Below are positions 1-12,976 of a DNA stretch of 64,000 bases, in pieces. The DNA is from Cenococcum geophilum. Lineage: Eukaryota. The first letter of the stretch is position 1, and the number at the start of each line of letters is the position of its first letter. The stretch covers positions 26,722,001 to 26,786,000 of the forward strand of contig CP158635.1 of NCBI GenBank assembly GCA_050273025.1, in the 5' to 3' direction. The position numbers and the translations under genes are program-made. The notes beneath the pieces are model-generated. The model worked only from the letters and a program-made list of their open reading frames with translations, made no database searches and had not been told where the DNA came from.

Positions 1-21
1 TTACATATTAAGCGGTTAATG

Positions 22-402
22 GGTATTAGGGGGTACTAGCGCTCAGTAAAGAGGTCGTACTAGGTATTGATTTTGCGTAGTAGACGCGAACCGAACGAAG
101 CCTTGGTAGGAGTCGGTTCTTAAGTTCCCAGGGCCTTAGTAGGAAGGGTTCTCCTTAACAAACGCGACAAGATCAACGGGCCTTGGTAGGAGCGATCGCG
201 TGGTGTCTCTCTTAGGTATTAGGGGTACTGGCATTTAGTAAAGAGATTATACGGGGTTAATTTGCGTAATAGACGCGAACCAAATAAAGCCTTAGAGGAG
301 TCGGTTCTTTAAGTTCCCAGGGCCTATACAGGAAGAGTTCTCCTTAGTAAACACAACATAGTTAACGGGCCTTGGTAGGAGCGATCGCGTAGTGCCTCTC
401 TT
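22..402 (+). repeat. Two ~190-bp tandem units, each with three CCT-N3/4-AGG hairpins
   Basis: Units 22-213 and 215-402 both start GGTATTAGGGG(G)TACT and end GGAGCGATCGCGT(G/A)GTG(T/C)CTCTCTT; many differences are transitions. Confidence 0.9.
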
Positions 403-456
403 CATAATAACACCTGGCTGATCTGTAATATTAACTAATCAGTGTCGGTATTACCT

Positions 457-613
457 GGGGGGGTACTGCAATTGCAATATAAGGTAACAGGTTCTTTAAT
501 TCATTCGTGTCTTTCGCAGAGGATCGTAAGGATCGCGGTGCCTAAATAGGGGGCTAATGAGTCACCGTAAGGATGACTAATCAGAGACATGACCACGTAA
601 CCTCTACTCGTAC
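457..613 (+). mobile_element. Putative polypurine tract plus 3' LTR of an LTR retrotransposon extending left of the window
   Basis: GGGGGGGTAC|TG at 457-468 mirrors the PPT-LTR junction at 9002-9016; a candidate ...CGTACA end lies at 613. The right end is uncertain. Confidence 0.4.
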
Positions 614-3600
614 AGACAGTAAGTAGTGCCTGTCTCGCCTTACGAAATTAGTAGCGTATTGTACCCTAATTAACGCAGCTATGCCTTATGTAAATTTATG
701 CCCTATAATGCTACTACTTACCTAAAAATGTAGGGTATTTGCTCTTCTAGTCGCTAAGTCTCCACTATAAAATTAAAAGTAGAATGTCCTATATAGGCTG
801 ACTATCTTAGCGCAATTCTTTAAGCTCTGAGAACTATAAGAGCAGGCCTTACTATTTACTTCTATTTAGCCTTATTGTATTTAAACGCTAAGCCGTTCCC
901 TTAGGATATAATAAGGTATTTAGATATAAGTGTAACTAATAATAAACTTTACATATAAACGTCTACAGTATTTCTAAGTTATTACCGTATTTCGATTTAG
1001 CTATAGGCGTATACACCACGCGCTTTAGCTTACGGAGGATTTAGGCAGCCCTATATATAGAAAGCCGCTTAGTGCCAGCAGCTCTACTATACTTCCCTTA
1101 CATAAATGTTTACTTAGTTTACCCCACTCCTATTTCCTATAAATACTTCCCTCCTATAACCGGCAACGAAAATCTATTAATAACTTCCTATAGAAACTCC
1201 GAGCTATTAGGCTGCTAGCTCTATAAGTAACTAAAGGCGAATTATATACACTAGAGACTTATTATTAGATAAGGCTAATAAAAACACTATAAACTCTTAT
1301 GTTAATAATATAACGAGCAACATCTAGCCCCATCTTTATCCCCCTTCTTTAGTGGATATTAATAAGGAACTAATACCTATTAGGCTTAACTCTTCTTACA
1401 GCATTAGGGAGACGGTAATTACTACTAACTCTAGTATAGACGATATAATAATAAGCGTTTAGCCCTATCTTTCTCGCCCTCTGGTAAGTATTAATAAGAG
1501 GCCAATGCCTTCTAAGCTTAACTCTCTTAGCGGTGTTAGAGCGACAGCGACTCCTTCTAGTGTTAGCACGCCGAGCTAGCCCTTTCCCTCTTCTACAAAT
1601 GCTAATGAGGACCTAACCTACCCTAGTAATATTAAAACCCCCTCTATATACTCTAGAGTGGAGGATAGGCTTACTTAAGGCCACTTTAAGGAGGAACTAG
1701 GCGCACCCTTAACCCCTATATAATTATTATCTCTTAAATCCCCAACGGATAAGGATAATAAGACCGAGACATTACCTTACCTTACTCTAGTAGCACTAGT
1801 TAGGGACTACGTCCTTTAGCTAACTGTTTTTAGTTCAGCTATAGAAGCACCAGTTAGGGAGTATCTAAAAGTTTATATAAGTAACTAGTTTACGTTCTCA
1901 TAGAAGAAAACTAACCGCTATAAAGATTTTGTTAATAAGTTTCTTATAACGGCGGAACTTTATCTTAATAATTGTTAAACATTTGGGCTTAAAGCAGTAT
2001 TAGGATATAGACGTCACGGTATAAAGATCGTCTACTAGTTATTAGACAATCCTAAACTCCTAAAGTACATTAATATAATCCATAGCCCTACTAGCGAGTA
2101 GATACCAACGGGAATTTCTAAGGATAAAGATAGGCCGGTATTTACACTTAACGGAGTAGTAGATAGATCTTATAATAATTCTCTAAAGCGCTAGCATTAT
2201 TCTATACTTATAGTGCAGACTAGAATAAATAAGGGCAAAGAGGAGATAAGGATAGTCCAGTATCCATCGCTAAAGGTAGTTATTACGCGTGCGTTAGATA
2301 AGGCTAAAAGAAATAGGTAGTTACTAAGATGCAGTTTCGCGTTTATTAGTTATAAAAAGGATAGGCGGTGTAAAGAAGTCCTTAAAGCCATTAAGAATTA
2401 TATACTAATAGATAGGATATACGTACTAATCTAGCTATGCAATGCATATTCATTTCCCTATAGTAGAATTTCTTTAATAACCAGATGCTCGAATTTATAA
2501 AGCATACCTTAAATAGCCCCGATAAAAATGATAACGTTTACGCTCCTAAAAACGGGCCTTAGTTGGTTAATGTTTTAGGTAAATATTACGCCTCCAGCCT
2601 TAAACTACGGCTTCTTTAGCAGCAATTTTTAAATTCTAGTTACTGGCCTATTAGGTTATATAGGGATTAAGTTTATTAATCCGGAAATTATAAGATACGC
2701 CGTAAATAGAACTTAAGCTAGAAATAAAACTTTAGGCTAAAAAGAACAGTACTATTACTACCAATTCTTCCGCCTAGTAGGCCGCCCCTATTTCTTCTAC
2801 ACAACAGGCTAAGCCTTTAGTTTTAAATAGTAATGCCCCTATAGTAATCTAAGACTTTTTATTAGAAAGCTGTCTTTAATCTAGTCCTATAAAAGATTTT
2901 ATTTCCCTTTTAGGTTAATAAGTAGCGCGTCTTCCTCTTTAGTAAATTTTATTCTAGACTTTGGCCCTTAGGGCTTTAGCTCCTAAGGCTACTTAACTAG
3001 GTTAAAAGGTAAAGGGAATCGTTAAGAAAGAATATTTAGTATATATAACCCGTCTTTCTAGCGCCTAAAAGCTGCTTAGATTAAAATTTCTTCTAAATTA
3101 GCATTTAAGGCGGCTCCTAGTATTGCTTTATTAGAGTCGGAACTAGAGGCGGCGCTTAGTAGCAGTTTTTGGGTACGGAGGCGATTATATATAGGGGATA
3201 CAACCTACTTACGATAATTGCTGGTAAGCGCAGTGCTTTAGTCGGACGTATACGTAGATAAAATTAAAGGGGAATAGTAAAACCGCTGGAAATAATGCTT
3301 CGCAGTACGCTTTACCTTTAATTAACTAGTAATGGGGGTTAGTAATCCTTGTCGCCCTATATACCTACGGGCCTCGTTATCCTTATCGCTACTACTACTA
3401 TTACCGTCCCCAGAGTTGTTATTATCCGTATTATTACTATTATTACTTCCATTACCGTAGTTCCTGGCCTTACCTTTATTTATAACGTTCTCGCCATCCT
3501 TATTATTACTTTCTTTAGTTAAGCCGTTTACAAAATCGTCTAGAATATAATTATAATGGTTATTAGCCCTATATTCTGGTGGTTTAGTATTATAAGAAGA

Positions 3601-6579
3601 CATACAGTGCTAGGGGGAGAAGCTAGTGGGCCGCGTAGTAGAGACTGCTCGCTCTTTAATACCGTTACAGTTATTAAGGCTAAGGGTAGGAGAGCTAGAA
3701 GGCGTGGTCCTCTAGGAAGCAGGTAACCTTTATTACTTCCTAAGTTATACGCTCTTGCTACTCTTACTAATAGAAGTATTAGAGATATAATTAATGCTGC
3801 CTAGTTAATTAAGCTAATCGGACCTCCGCTTCTTTAACTTCTTGGCTCCTAAAGACTTTTAGCCGGCAGCTACTAATATCCTAAGCTCCTGCCTAAACTA
3901 TAGAGTAGTTCTAATGTGACGCCCCTTAACTAAATTATCCGTTTAATTGCCGTCTAGCGTTAAGGGTATAGTACGATTGTGTGTAGGTATGTGTACCTCC
4001 TCTTCTAGCGCTTTTAACAAAGGTAGCTCTTTATTATCTTTATTGCCCTTACTATTACCGTTATTCCTATTATCTACTAATTGTTAAACAAGCTATTATA
4101 AATTAAGGGGGGAAGCGTATACCTAATTCATAAGGTGTCGGTCGATTATTGGCTTTGTTAGCTTTATTGTTAGTATTATTAGCTTTATTGCCCTTAGTTT
4201 CTAAGTCCAGATTAGCTGTATTGTCTTTAATAATTATTGGATTTGCTACTAGTCGTTAAAACTATATATTTAGAACTACTAGGGAAAAAGGAAAAGTGGT
4301 GGGGTAATTACTGGGATAATTACCTTAATTACTTCTTCTAGAGACTTAACTGTCATTTTCATCCCCATAGAAATCTTCTTCGTTATCCTCATTATCCTTA
4401 TTATCCTCGTTATCCTTATAATACTTATTATTAGCTTTCTTATAATTATATATAGGGTTTATAGGCGCTTTATTAGACGGAATATCTAAATTAAGGCCCT
4501 AGGTGGAATAACATGCCGTTAAGTGCCTAAGCTTATAATGCTTCTTAACTTTTTAGGGGAAAAAGAGGTACTCTCCTACTCCTCCTTTTAAGCTTACTGC
4601 TCGCGCTTTTCTTAGGGGCCGTAATTATATAGTACTAAGATAAAGCTATTAATTTTCTAGGGGGACTAGTGTAGAAATTGTTCTTATTAAGCGAAATTTT
4701 AGGAGAAATATAAAATAAAGACTAAGGTGGTGCCAACGTTGTTATTATTAGAGTTGCCATTATTTTATAGCTTTTAAAAGCTTTAAGGGGGAATTAAAGG
4801 TCTTTTTAAGTGCACGTCAGTCCTCCCTTTACCGCTAGTACTCGCCTATTGCCCTTTACCCTTTACCCCTCACCCGGGTTTCTTATTAAATTAAAGCATT
4901 TAATATGTGCGCCTCCGGTATAGACTAAGGTTAATTACTATTTATAGGGTATAAAGGTTTATAAGGGCTTAAATTCCTAGCACCTAATTAACACTTTTAG
5001 TAAATTACGATTAAACCATATCCGCCTATTTAAGCTAGTATATTTAGCTTTAATATAGCTGTCGCATCTAGCCCCTTATTAGGAGGTTAGTAGCTTAAGT
5101 TCTCTACCCTTATTCCTTAGTAAAGGGCAGTACTAATATATCTATTTACTTCCCAATAATGCCAATCCAGCTAATCTTCTGCGCCGCTCGTATTAATAGG
5201 ATATAAAGCCCTACTTATGCGTGCGCATTATAAGCTATCTATAACGGAAGGAGGCAGTATTATTATTAGTAGTAGGTGGGGTTTTTTAATGCTAACTGCC
5301 TAGTAACAGATACGCCTGCCGCTTATATAGTGATCGTATATAGATATATAAATGCGCTAGGTAAAGGACTGCATAGGGTGCTACATAAGGTGCTATATAA
5401 TGCTCGCCCTCTTAATATAGCTGGCTAGTGTTAGAGATTTCTTCGCAGTTATGCCGTAGTGCCGCAGATCTATTATACGCCTAAAAGCTGTAACCTTCTA
5501 ATTTTAATCCAGGTGGTTCCTACTATAGCCCTATAGCTTAGAAGGCCGGATTATTAATCTTTTACCGCTTTACCGCTAAGTAGTTAGGTAGAGCTAATAG
5601 CCCCTTAGCCCTAAACTAGTAGATTAAACGGTATCTCTAAAACATCTGTGGCAATATAACTATACTACTAGGCAGGCATGCATGGCCACCTAGGCAATAC
5701 TCCGTATAATATTTGTTTGAATAATACCTAACACAGCCCTATATGGGGTAGTCGCTTAAATCGGCGACGTCTAGCTGCTTTTCTGCTGGGTAGCCTAGTA
5801 AGTATACTAGCCGTAATATAGGTGGCTTTAGCTATCGGCAAACGCTAAAGCGGGTTATCTAACTAACAGTATATTATAGGTGAGAAAATAGCGCGTAGGT
5901 TAGCTAAAATAAGTGCGACGTAAGCTCGCTTAAACCCTTAAGGGGGCAGATACGGCATACCTATCCCTCCCTACCTTAGAAGGAGATATGCGGCAGAGTT
6001 AAATAAGACAATAGTGCTAACGCGGCTGGTAAGTACGGAATTCCCCTAACCCCCTTCCTATAGGACGGTTGCGGACCAGCGCCATCTAGAAGGCGAAAGG
6101 AGAGAGGATAGAATTATAAGGATATGGACGCGCTTAGCGGATAGAGGCGGCGCTAAAAGAGGTTAATAAAAATTAAAGCCATTGGCTCCAGAGATGGGAA
6201 TTAGGAGAGGAGGCTAAGACTATTTATACATTACTGTAGAATAGAGACTCGCCCATCGGAAAGGCCGTAGTTAACTATATTAATTATTAGTCTAAGATAT
6301 AGGGGAATAAAGCAATAAGCGGGCTAGACTTATATACGCATTAGCGCTAAAGGGACGGCAGAAATACCTTAATACGACTATACTAGGGACTAGCAGCAAG
6401 AAGAGAAGGAGGCGCAGTATTAGGAGAAAGGAAAGATAGAGGATAAGAGGAAAAGCAGCGAGAGAAATAGCCTTTTATAGTTGAGGTTGAGGGGCAGTTT
6501 TAGCTTGGTCGGGGTTAATAAGCAAGGGCGCCTTACCCGTAAAGGAAGCCTCCATTTCCTAATGCAGTTTCCTACACAA

Positions 6580-9320
6580 TAAAATAACTACTTTAATTCT
6601 TGCCTACTTTAATCTAGACCTTAAATATATTATTAAAATAGACTCGTCTAATTATATACTAGGAGAAGTGTTATTATAATATAATAAGAACGGCGAGCTA
6701 CGCCTAATAGCCTTTCTCTCTTAGAAACTTATCCCTACTAAATTAAACTATAAGATATATAATAAGGAACTACTTATAATTATTAAATACTTTAAATAAT
6801 AGCGTCTAGAACTTAAAGAATTGTTATTTCTAATACGCGTATTAATAAACTATAAAAACCTATAGTACTTTATAACTATAAAGCAATTAATATAGCGCCA
6901 AATTCGTTAGGCCGAATACCTTTTATAATTTGACTTTAAGATTACGTACTAACCTAGTAAACTTAATTAGAAGCTTAACTTATTAATATAATAATTATAG
7001 GACTTATCTATAAACGCCTCTAATAAACGGATTATAGATTAATTGCGAATTCTACTACCTCCTAAACGCTTTAAGAAACTACGCCCTATATTTCTAAACG
7101 CGAAGCTTAATAAGAATAAATTAGAAATTAATAAATTAATAGAGCACAAATATAAGAATAACCCCTAGATAGTAAATATAATAAAAGCAATTTAAATAGG
7201 GAAACGGCAATATAAAGATATTACACTCGCTAAATACAAAATCTATAATAATCGGTTATATTATTAATAGAAGATAGTAATCCTAAATTCCAAACCCTTA
7301 TAATTTAAGATACTTAAATTCGTATACAATTTCCCTATAGTAGGGCATCCTAGCTATATAAAGACCTATAAGATTATCTAATAAGTATATTACTAGCCTA
7401 TAATGTATAACTATATACGAAAATACATTTAAGTATATAGAATATGCGTATATAGGAAGACCTCTTATATAAAAAAAGTAAGGAGTACTTTAACCGTTGC
7501 TAATTCCAATATAAAGATAGCGAGATATCTTAATTAACTTTATAGTTAACCTACCTAATAGTAATAGGTTTATAAATGTTATAGTAGTTATTAACCGTTT
7601 TATAAAAATATAACATATAATTCCTATAGACTTAATTAATACAATATTAGTAGCCGAATATTTTATTAAGTACGTCTTTAAGCTATATAGACTTCCTAAT
7701 TTAATAATATCCGACTATAAAAGCCAGTTTGTTTTAGACTTCTAGTAAGCCCTATATAAATAATTAAGTATATAAATATAACTCTTAACTGCATTTTATC
7801 CGGAGATAGATAGTTAAACTAAAATTGTAAATATAATTATAGAATAATACCTATAAATATACTGCTCCTACCTACAAGATAACTAGGAAAAGTAGCTACC
7901 TTTAGCTAAGTTTACTGCGAATAATATAAGAAACAAATTAATAGGCGTAATACCGTTCTACGCAACCTATAGATAAAACCCTTAACTTAAATTTAAACTA
8001 TAACCCAAAATTAATATAACAGGACTTATAATTAAGAGGATTTAACTAATTAACATATATAACTTTGCTAATTAAATAAAGTAGTTAACGGAACTATTAT
8101 AAAGTAAATTAACGTACGCTTAAATAGTATAAAAATGGCATATAAATAAAGAACGAGCTCCCGTATAGGACTTTAAGGAAGGTAATATAGTTTACCTAAA
8201 TATATAAAACCTAAAGACTTAACAACCCTTAAAGAAACTAGATTAGAAGTTTGCGGGCCTATACTAAATTAAGAAGAAACTAAGCCTATACGCTTATAAG
8301 CTTAAACTACTAACTAAGATAAAAATATATCTAACGTTTTATGTAAACTTACTATAACCTTTAAAAGGTAAACCTTTAACTCGTAAAGTGCCGCCGCTAC
8401 CTCCCATAATTATTAATAACGGTAACGGTTCTTACTTTATTAATTTAATTAATAATATATAATAAAAAATATAATCTAAACAATTTAAACTTCTTATTAA
8501 GTAGAAAGGATATAAAATATAAACCTAGGAAACCTATAACCAGATTAAAGCCGACGCGCCTTCCTTAGTAAAAGAATTCTATAAGGACTATCCTTTGCGG
8601 CCTACTTTAGCTAGATAGACATGATATAAAGGTAAATAACTGCCACCTAATATAAATACATGAAATATAATAGTAGGAAGCTTAAAATTAAAAAGAACTT
8701 AAACTACGTTATAATATCTATAATATAATTACGTAATATATAAAATATTAAGGAACTTTAACCGCCAGTTAAAGTTATCTAATTAGTTAGATTTACCTTA
8801 CTAAGACTTACTATAAAGATATTAGTTCTACTTATCGCCCTAACTAAGCTAATAATAATTTTCTATACTAGGCATAGAAAATCTTAATTAGTTTATTTAT
8901 AATTAGAACCGGTAAAACTCTATACTACTACTTAACGCGAAAACATAATACGCGATAAGTTATAAGTCTTAACTAAAATTAAATTATTTAGACCTTTGGC
9001 TAAAAGGGGGGGTACTATAACGGGATTAGCCTAGTTATAGTAGGAATATCTTAATAAAATACTTAATAGATAAATTCTAACGCTTTAACTAAATTCTGCT
9101 AGATTAATTAAATTCTACTAAAGTCCGTTAAAGACTACGTGTATATATACGCACGCATTAACCACCAAGCCCCTAACTATTTAATTATATAATTTTCTTA
9201 TTATTCTCTTCTCTCCTTTATATAACGTCTTGTTTTTAGCAAGAGCTATATATTTTTAGATTTAGATAGAATTTATATTATTCCTTTAAATCTTCCCTAA
9301 AGTCTCTCCGCGCCCTTATA
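6580..9320 (+). mobile_element. Ty3/Gypsy (chromovirus) 3' half, RIP-inactivated: RNase H, integrase, chromodomain, PPT, 3' LTR
   Basis: Degenerate translations resemble ETDSSDY..GVL, AFLS.KL.P.ELNY.IYDKELL (RNase H), GHPG..KT, YWP, PETDGQTEIVN (integrase) and LIKWEGY...WEP (chromodomain). PPT AAAAGGGGGGG at 9002-9012; LTR 9016-9320 bounded by TATAACGGG...CCCTTATA. Confidence 0.9.
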
Positions 9321-11553
9321 AAGGCTAATACTTTAACCTAAAGAGAATAAGATATAGGACCCTAGGATAAACTAAAGACCCTATACCAGACGCGCGTCCT
9401 TCTTTACCCCAAATAGCTTAACCCGCGGATCTTTAGGGAGCTAGACTCCCAGTAAAACTAGCTAGCACTAATAGAGGAGTTCTTAGATAAGCTAATAGGG
9501 CTAATTAACCGCCTCCTAACTGTAAACCGCACGGCTAACGCCCTAAAGGCCCTCTGTAACTAAGCTGTAAAAAGAGACCCCAATTTTAAAATAGAGAAAG
9601 GATTACTCCTATACTAGGAGCGGCTTATAGTCCCTAACGTTAATAACCTACGGACTAAACTAATCCGTAAAGCTTATTACTAAGTTTTTATAGCACACCC
9701 TAGTAAGAATAAGACACGTAAAATTATTAACTGCCGCTATTACTAGCCGAGAATAGTTATAGATATTAACCGATATATATAGAACTATAAAGACTACTAG
9801 AGAGCTATAACCCTATAAGATAAAACCCTAGGACTACTTAAGCTACTCCTAATACTAGAGCGCCCTTAGTAGTATATCTCTATAGACTTTTATAAGCTAC
9901 TTATAAACCGTAACGGATACGATATAGTTATAGTTATAGTTAACCGCTTTAGTAAACGCCCGTTCTCCCTTCCCTATTATAAAAATATTAATACTAAAAA
10001 AGTAGCCCGGCTGTATATCTACTACATTTACTAAATTTATAGACTACTAGATACTATTATATCTAATTATAGGCTATAGTTTATATCAGCCTTTTAGAAC
10101 GAGTTTACCTAGATCTTAAGCATTAAGCTAAAGCTTTTTACGGCTTACTACCCCCAGATAGACGGTTAGATAGAGATTGTAAATTAGTACCTAGACTAGA
10201 GGCTTAGGCCCTTTATTAACTACTTCTAGGATAACTAGTTTAAACTACTACCTTTAATAGACTACGCCTAAGCAACTCTACCCTATAACTCTATAGGGTT
10301 TGCCCCGATTTAGCTAGAAATAGGATACTTACCCCATATAAGCTTTAACTAGAAAAAACTAGAAGAACCCCAGACTATATAAGAGAAGCTATTCTATAAT
10401 AAGGCCTAATAGTATATTAAATGCTTAGAAGAAGCCTAGATAGTAGCCTATAAAAACCTAGGAAAAGCCTAAAGGTTAATAAAATAGTAGGCGAATAAAT
10501 ACTATTAAGAGCCTAACTTTACCCCTAGTAATATAGTCTAGGTTATAACAAAGAATTGGAAGACTAAACAACCTAGCTGTAAGTTAGACTACTAAATAGC
10601 AGGACCGTATAAGGTTCTTAAGAAGTTAGGCAACTTATATAAGGTAAAGCTCCCGGATTTAATTAGGGTGTACCCTATCTTCTCGCTAAATAAGTTATAA
10701 AAGGCTAAAAATAACTTATTACCCAGATAAAAGAACGAGCCTCCCCTACTAATTTAAGTAAACGGCGACGATAAATAGGAAGTTAATAAAATACTGGCCT
10801 ATAAAATAGTATGGGGAATATTAAAATACCGTATTTAATAGAAGGGCTACGACCTAGACCTAACCTAGTACCCTATATAAAACTTTATAAGCTGCCCCTA
10901 AAAGCTTAAAAGGTTTTATAACTAATACCCTAACATACCTAGACCCCTAAAGTACTTATATAAGTGGATAAAATGCTAGTATAATAAAGATAATAAGTTA
11001 CCAGAGGAGTATAGGGATAAGAACGCCCTAAAGCCCTAATATAGCTATCTACTAGATTCTACCAGATTCTGCCGTTTTCTGCTAGTACCGTAAAAGTTTA
11101 AATATCTAGGAACTTTAACCACCGGTTAAAGTTATCTAATTAGTTAGTTCCTTACTAAGACTTTTAGCAGCTACTCTTCTTAGCCTAGCGCTTCCACTTA
11201 ACCTACGGTTGCCTCTTAGTACTTAGTCCGAACGCGCTTGTATTTTCTTTCTTTTCTTATCTTATATTTTGTAATCTTACGTTTTAGAAGCCTAGTGCTA
11301 TCTTATTTCTAACTAAAGCCTAAGGGTAGGCTTTCTTTTAAAAAGGGGGGTAATATAACGGCGCTATTGTACATTACCTGCCAAATTCTACTAACCTATA
11401 ATTGGCTCGCCTAAAGCTAGCGCCTTGGCGGCTTATTCTATATATTTATTTACATCGGTCCTAGCGACCCCTTTTCCTTCTCCTTAGCTTAGTATCTTCG
11501 TAATACAGCATTTTATAAGCTTTAGTTTAGAGGTATTTATACGAGCCGTAACA
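9321..11553 (+). mobile_element. Second, distinct Ty3/Gypsy chromovirus 3' half (integrase, chromodomain, PPT, 3' LTR)
   Basis: Degenerate KADALTRREQ, AHPGKNKT, YWP, PQTDGQTEIVNQ and WEVDEIL...WKGYDPDPTWYP motifs; PPT at 11341-11350; LTR 11354-11553 (TATAACGG...CCGTAACA). It begins right after the LTR of the previous element, consistent with nesting. Confidence 0.9.
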
Positions 11554-12639
11554 GGCGGCCTTTAGTTATTAATAGTTTTAATATATTTTAACCAGTTAAT
11601 CTATAGATATTATATAGTCACTAGCCTAGTTATATTTATCAAATTTAACCTTCCACGTTAAGGCCTAGTTTAGTGATGCTAGCTTTACCACCATTAAAAA
11701 ATCTCTAATTACTTAGTCGCCGTATACGTCCAGCAATTTAATCTTTTTATAGTCATTATGTGTCTTCTTTTACTGCTATAGCTAGGCCTCGAAGTTCTAG
11801 TTCTTTAGGCCCTTTTTAACCTTAGCATATTAAGTAGATAGGTACAGCTTACATACTATATTAGTAGGGGCAACCCTCTCCTTAAGAGCCACTAGGGTAT
11901 TATATACCAAGTTAATACCCAGTATATAGGTGTTAAGGTTCCTAGCTACTATACTAGTAATATAGCTTTATAGGGAGGTTAAAGCTACCTTTTACTTCTT
12001 ATATTCCTTTTTTACTATCTTATACCTCTTATAGAGAATTTAAAGCTCGTCCTTCTTATCCTTAGAGAGAGCTGCATATAAGGTCGTTCCTGTCTTTACA
12101 TCTTAAGGCCTAGGAAAGACTAGTTTAAGCAAACAAGGCAACTAATCCTGTTTGGTTAAGGGGTCGACGTACTCCTATACGTCTCCTGTTCGAGCTTAAA
12201 GCCTAATAAGGTCAATCTATTCATCCCAATCAGCTTAGTTCGATAATATTACCGTTGTAGTAATAGCTTGGGTATATTAAGAAGTTATATTAAGAGGTGC
12301 TTAGTGCTTGTAAAGACGAATAAAGTATTTAATAAGGGGTATGATTAATTAAATTAATTAGTTAAATAGGTGTAATATAGCAAGTCACCCGGGCTTATAA
12401 CTGTTAATCGGTAGTCTATATACTGATAAGTAAGTAAAGAATAAGGACTCTATCTATTTAAACTATAAAGAAAAGAAGCTATTTATATATAAGGTAGGTA
12501 TCTAAAATAGGAAAGATAGGGGGAGTCTATAACTAAAACGGGGGTAGTAGTATAACTAGAACAAGAATAAGGATAGGGTAATAGGCTAAATCTAACCTAA
12601 ATTGATAATAATCTCAGGCTTTACATAAACTATTTTTTA

Positions 12640-12976
12640 AATCTTATATATATCTTAAACTATATATTCTAAAGGACATCTAATATAAAGAGTAGATATA
12701 CCATATAGGCGTTAAGGTACTTTAGGTAGAGTTTTAAGTACTATTAATTTTAGTAGGCTTAACTTAGTCGTAATTTAGGAGGCTATAACTCCTACTCTAG
12801 CAAATCCTCTAACTACTCCTCTTTTATAACGAGTTAATTCCTTCCTATAAGGAATATTCCCGCTAATTAGAGCTAATGCACGACGTGCCATGGTTGAAAA
12901 GTAGGGCTAAAATAGTAGGGGGGAGAGGGTAAAAAAATTGGTGTGGGAAGCGCGGACACTTTTTAACGATGTACTG
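12640..12976 (-). mobile_element. Tc1/mariner-like transposon 5' fragment
   Basis: Minus strand reads TA|CAGTACATCG... (TIR-like start), then an ATG near 12892 giving MARRALALISGNIPYRKELTRYKRGVV, which resembles an HTH N-terminus of fungal Tc1-like transposases. Confidence 0.6.

Noticed and set aside
554..584. Hammerhead-like CT(A/G)ATGA-GTCA..TGAC
   Set aside because: The required GAAA after stem II is absent (TAATC), and RIP cannot produce that change; it reads better as a simple hairpin.
3322..3603. Asn/Ser-rich 93-aa ORF resembling a prion-like domain
   Set aside because: It lies in RIP-degraded DNA where G>A converts Asp/Gly codons to Asn/Ser, so the composition is probably artefactual.
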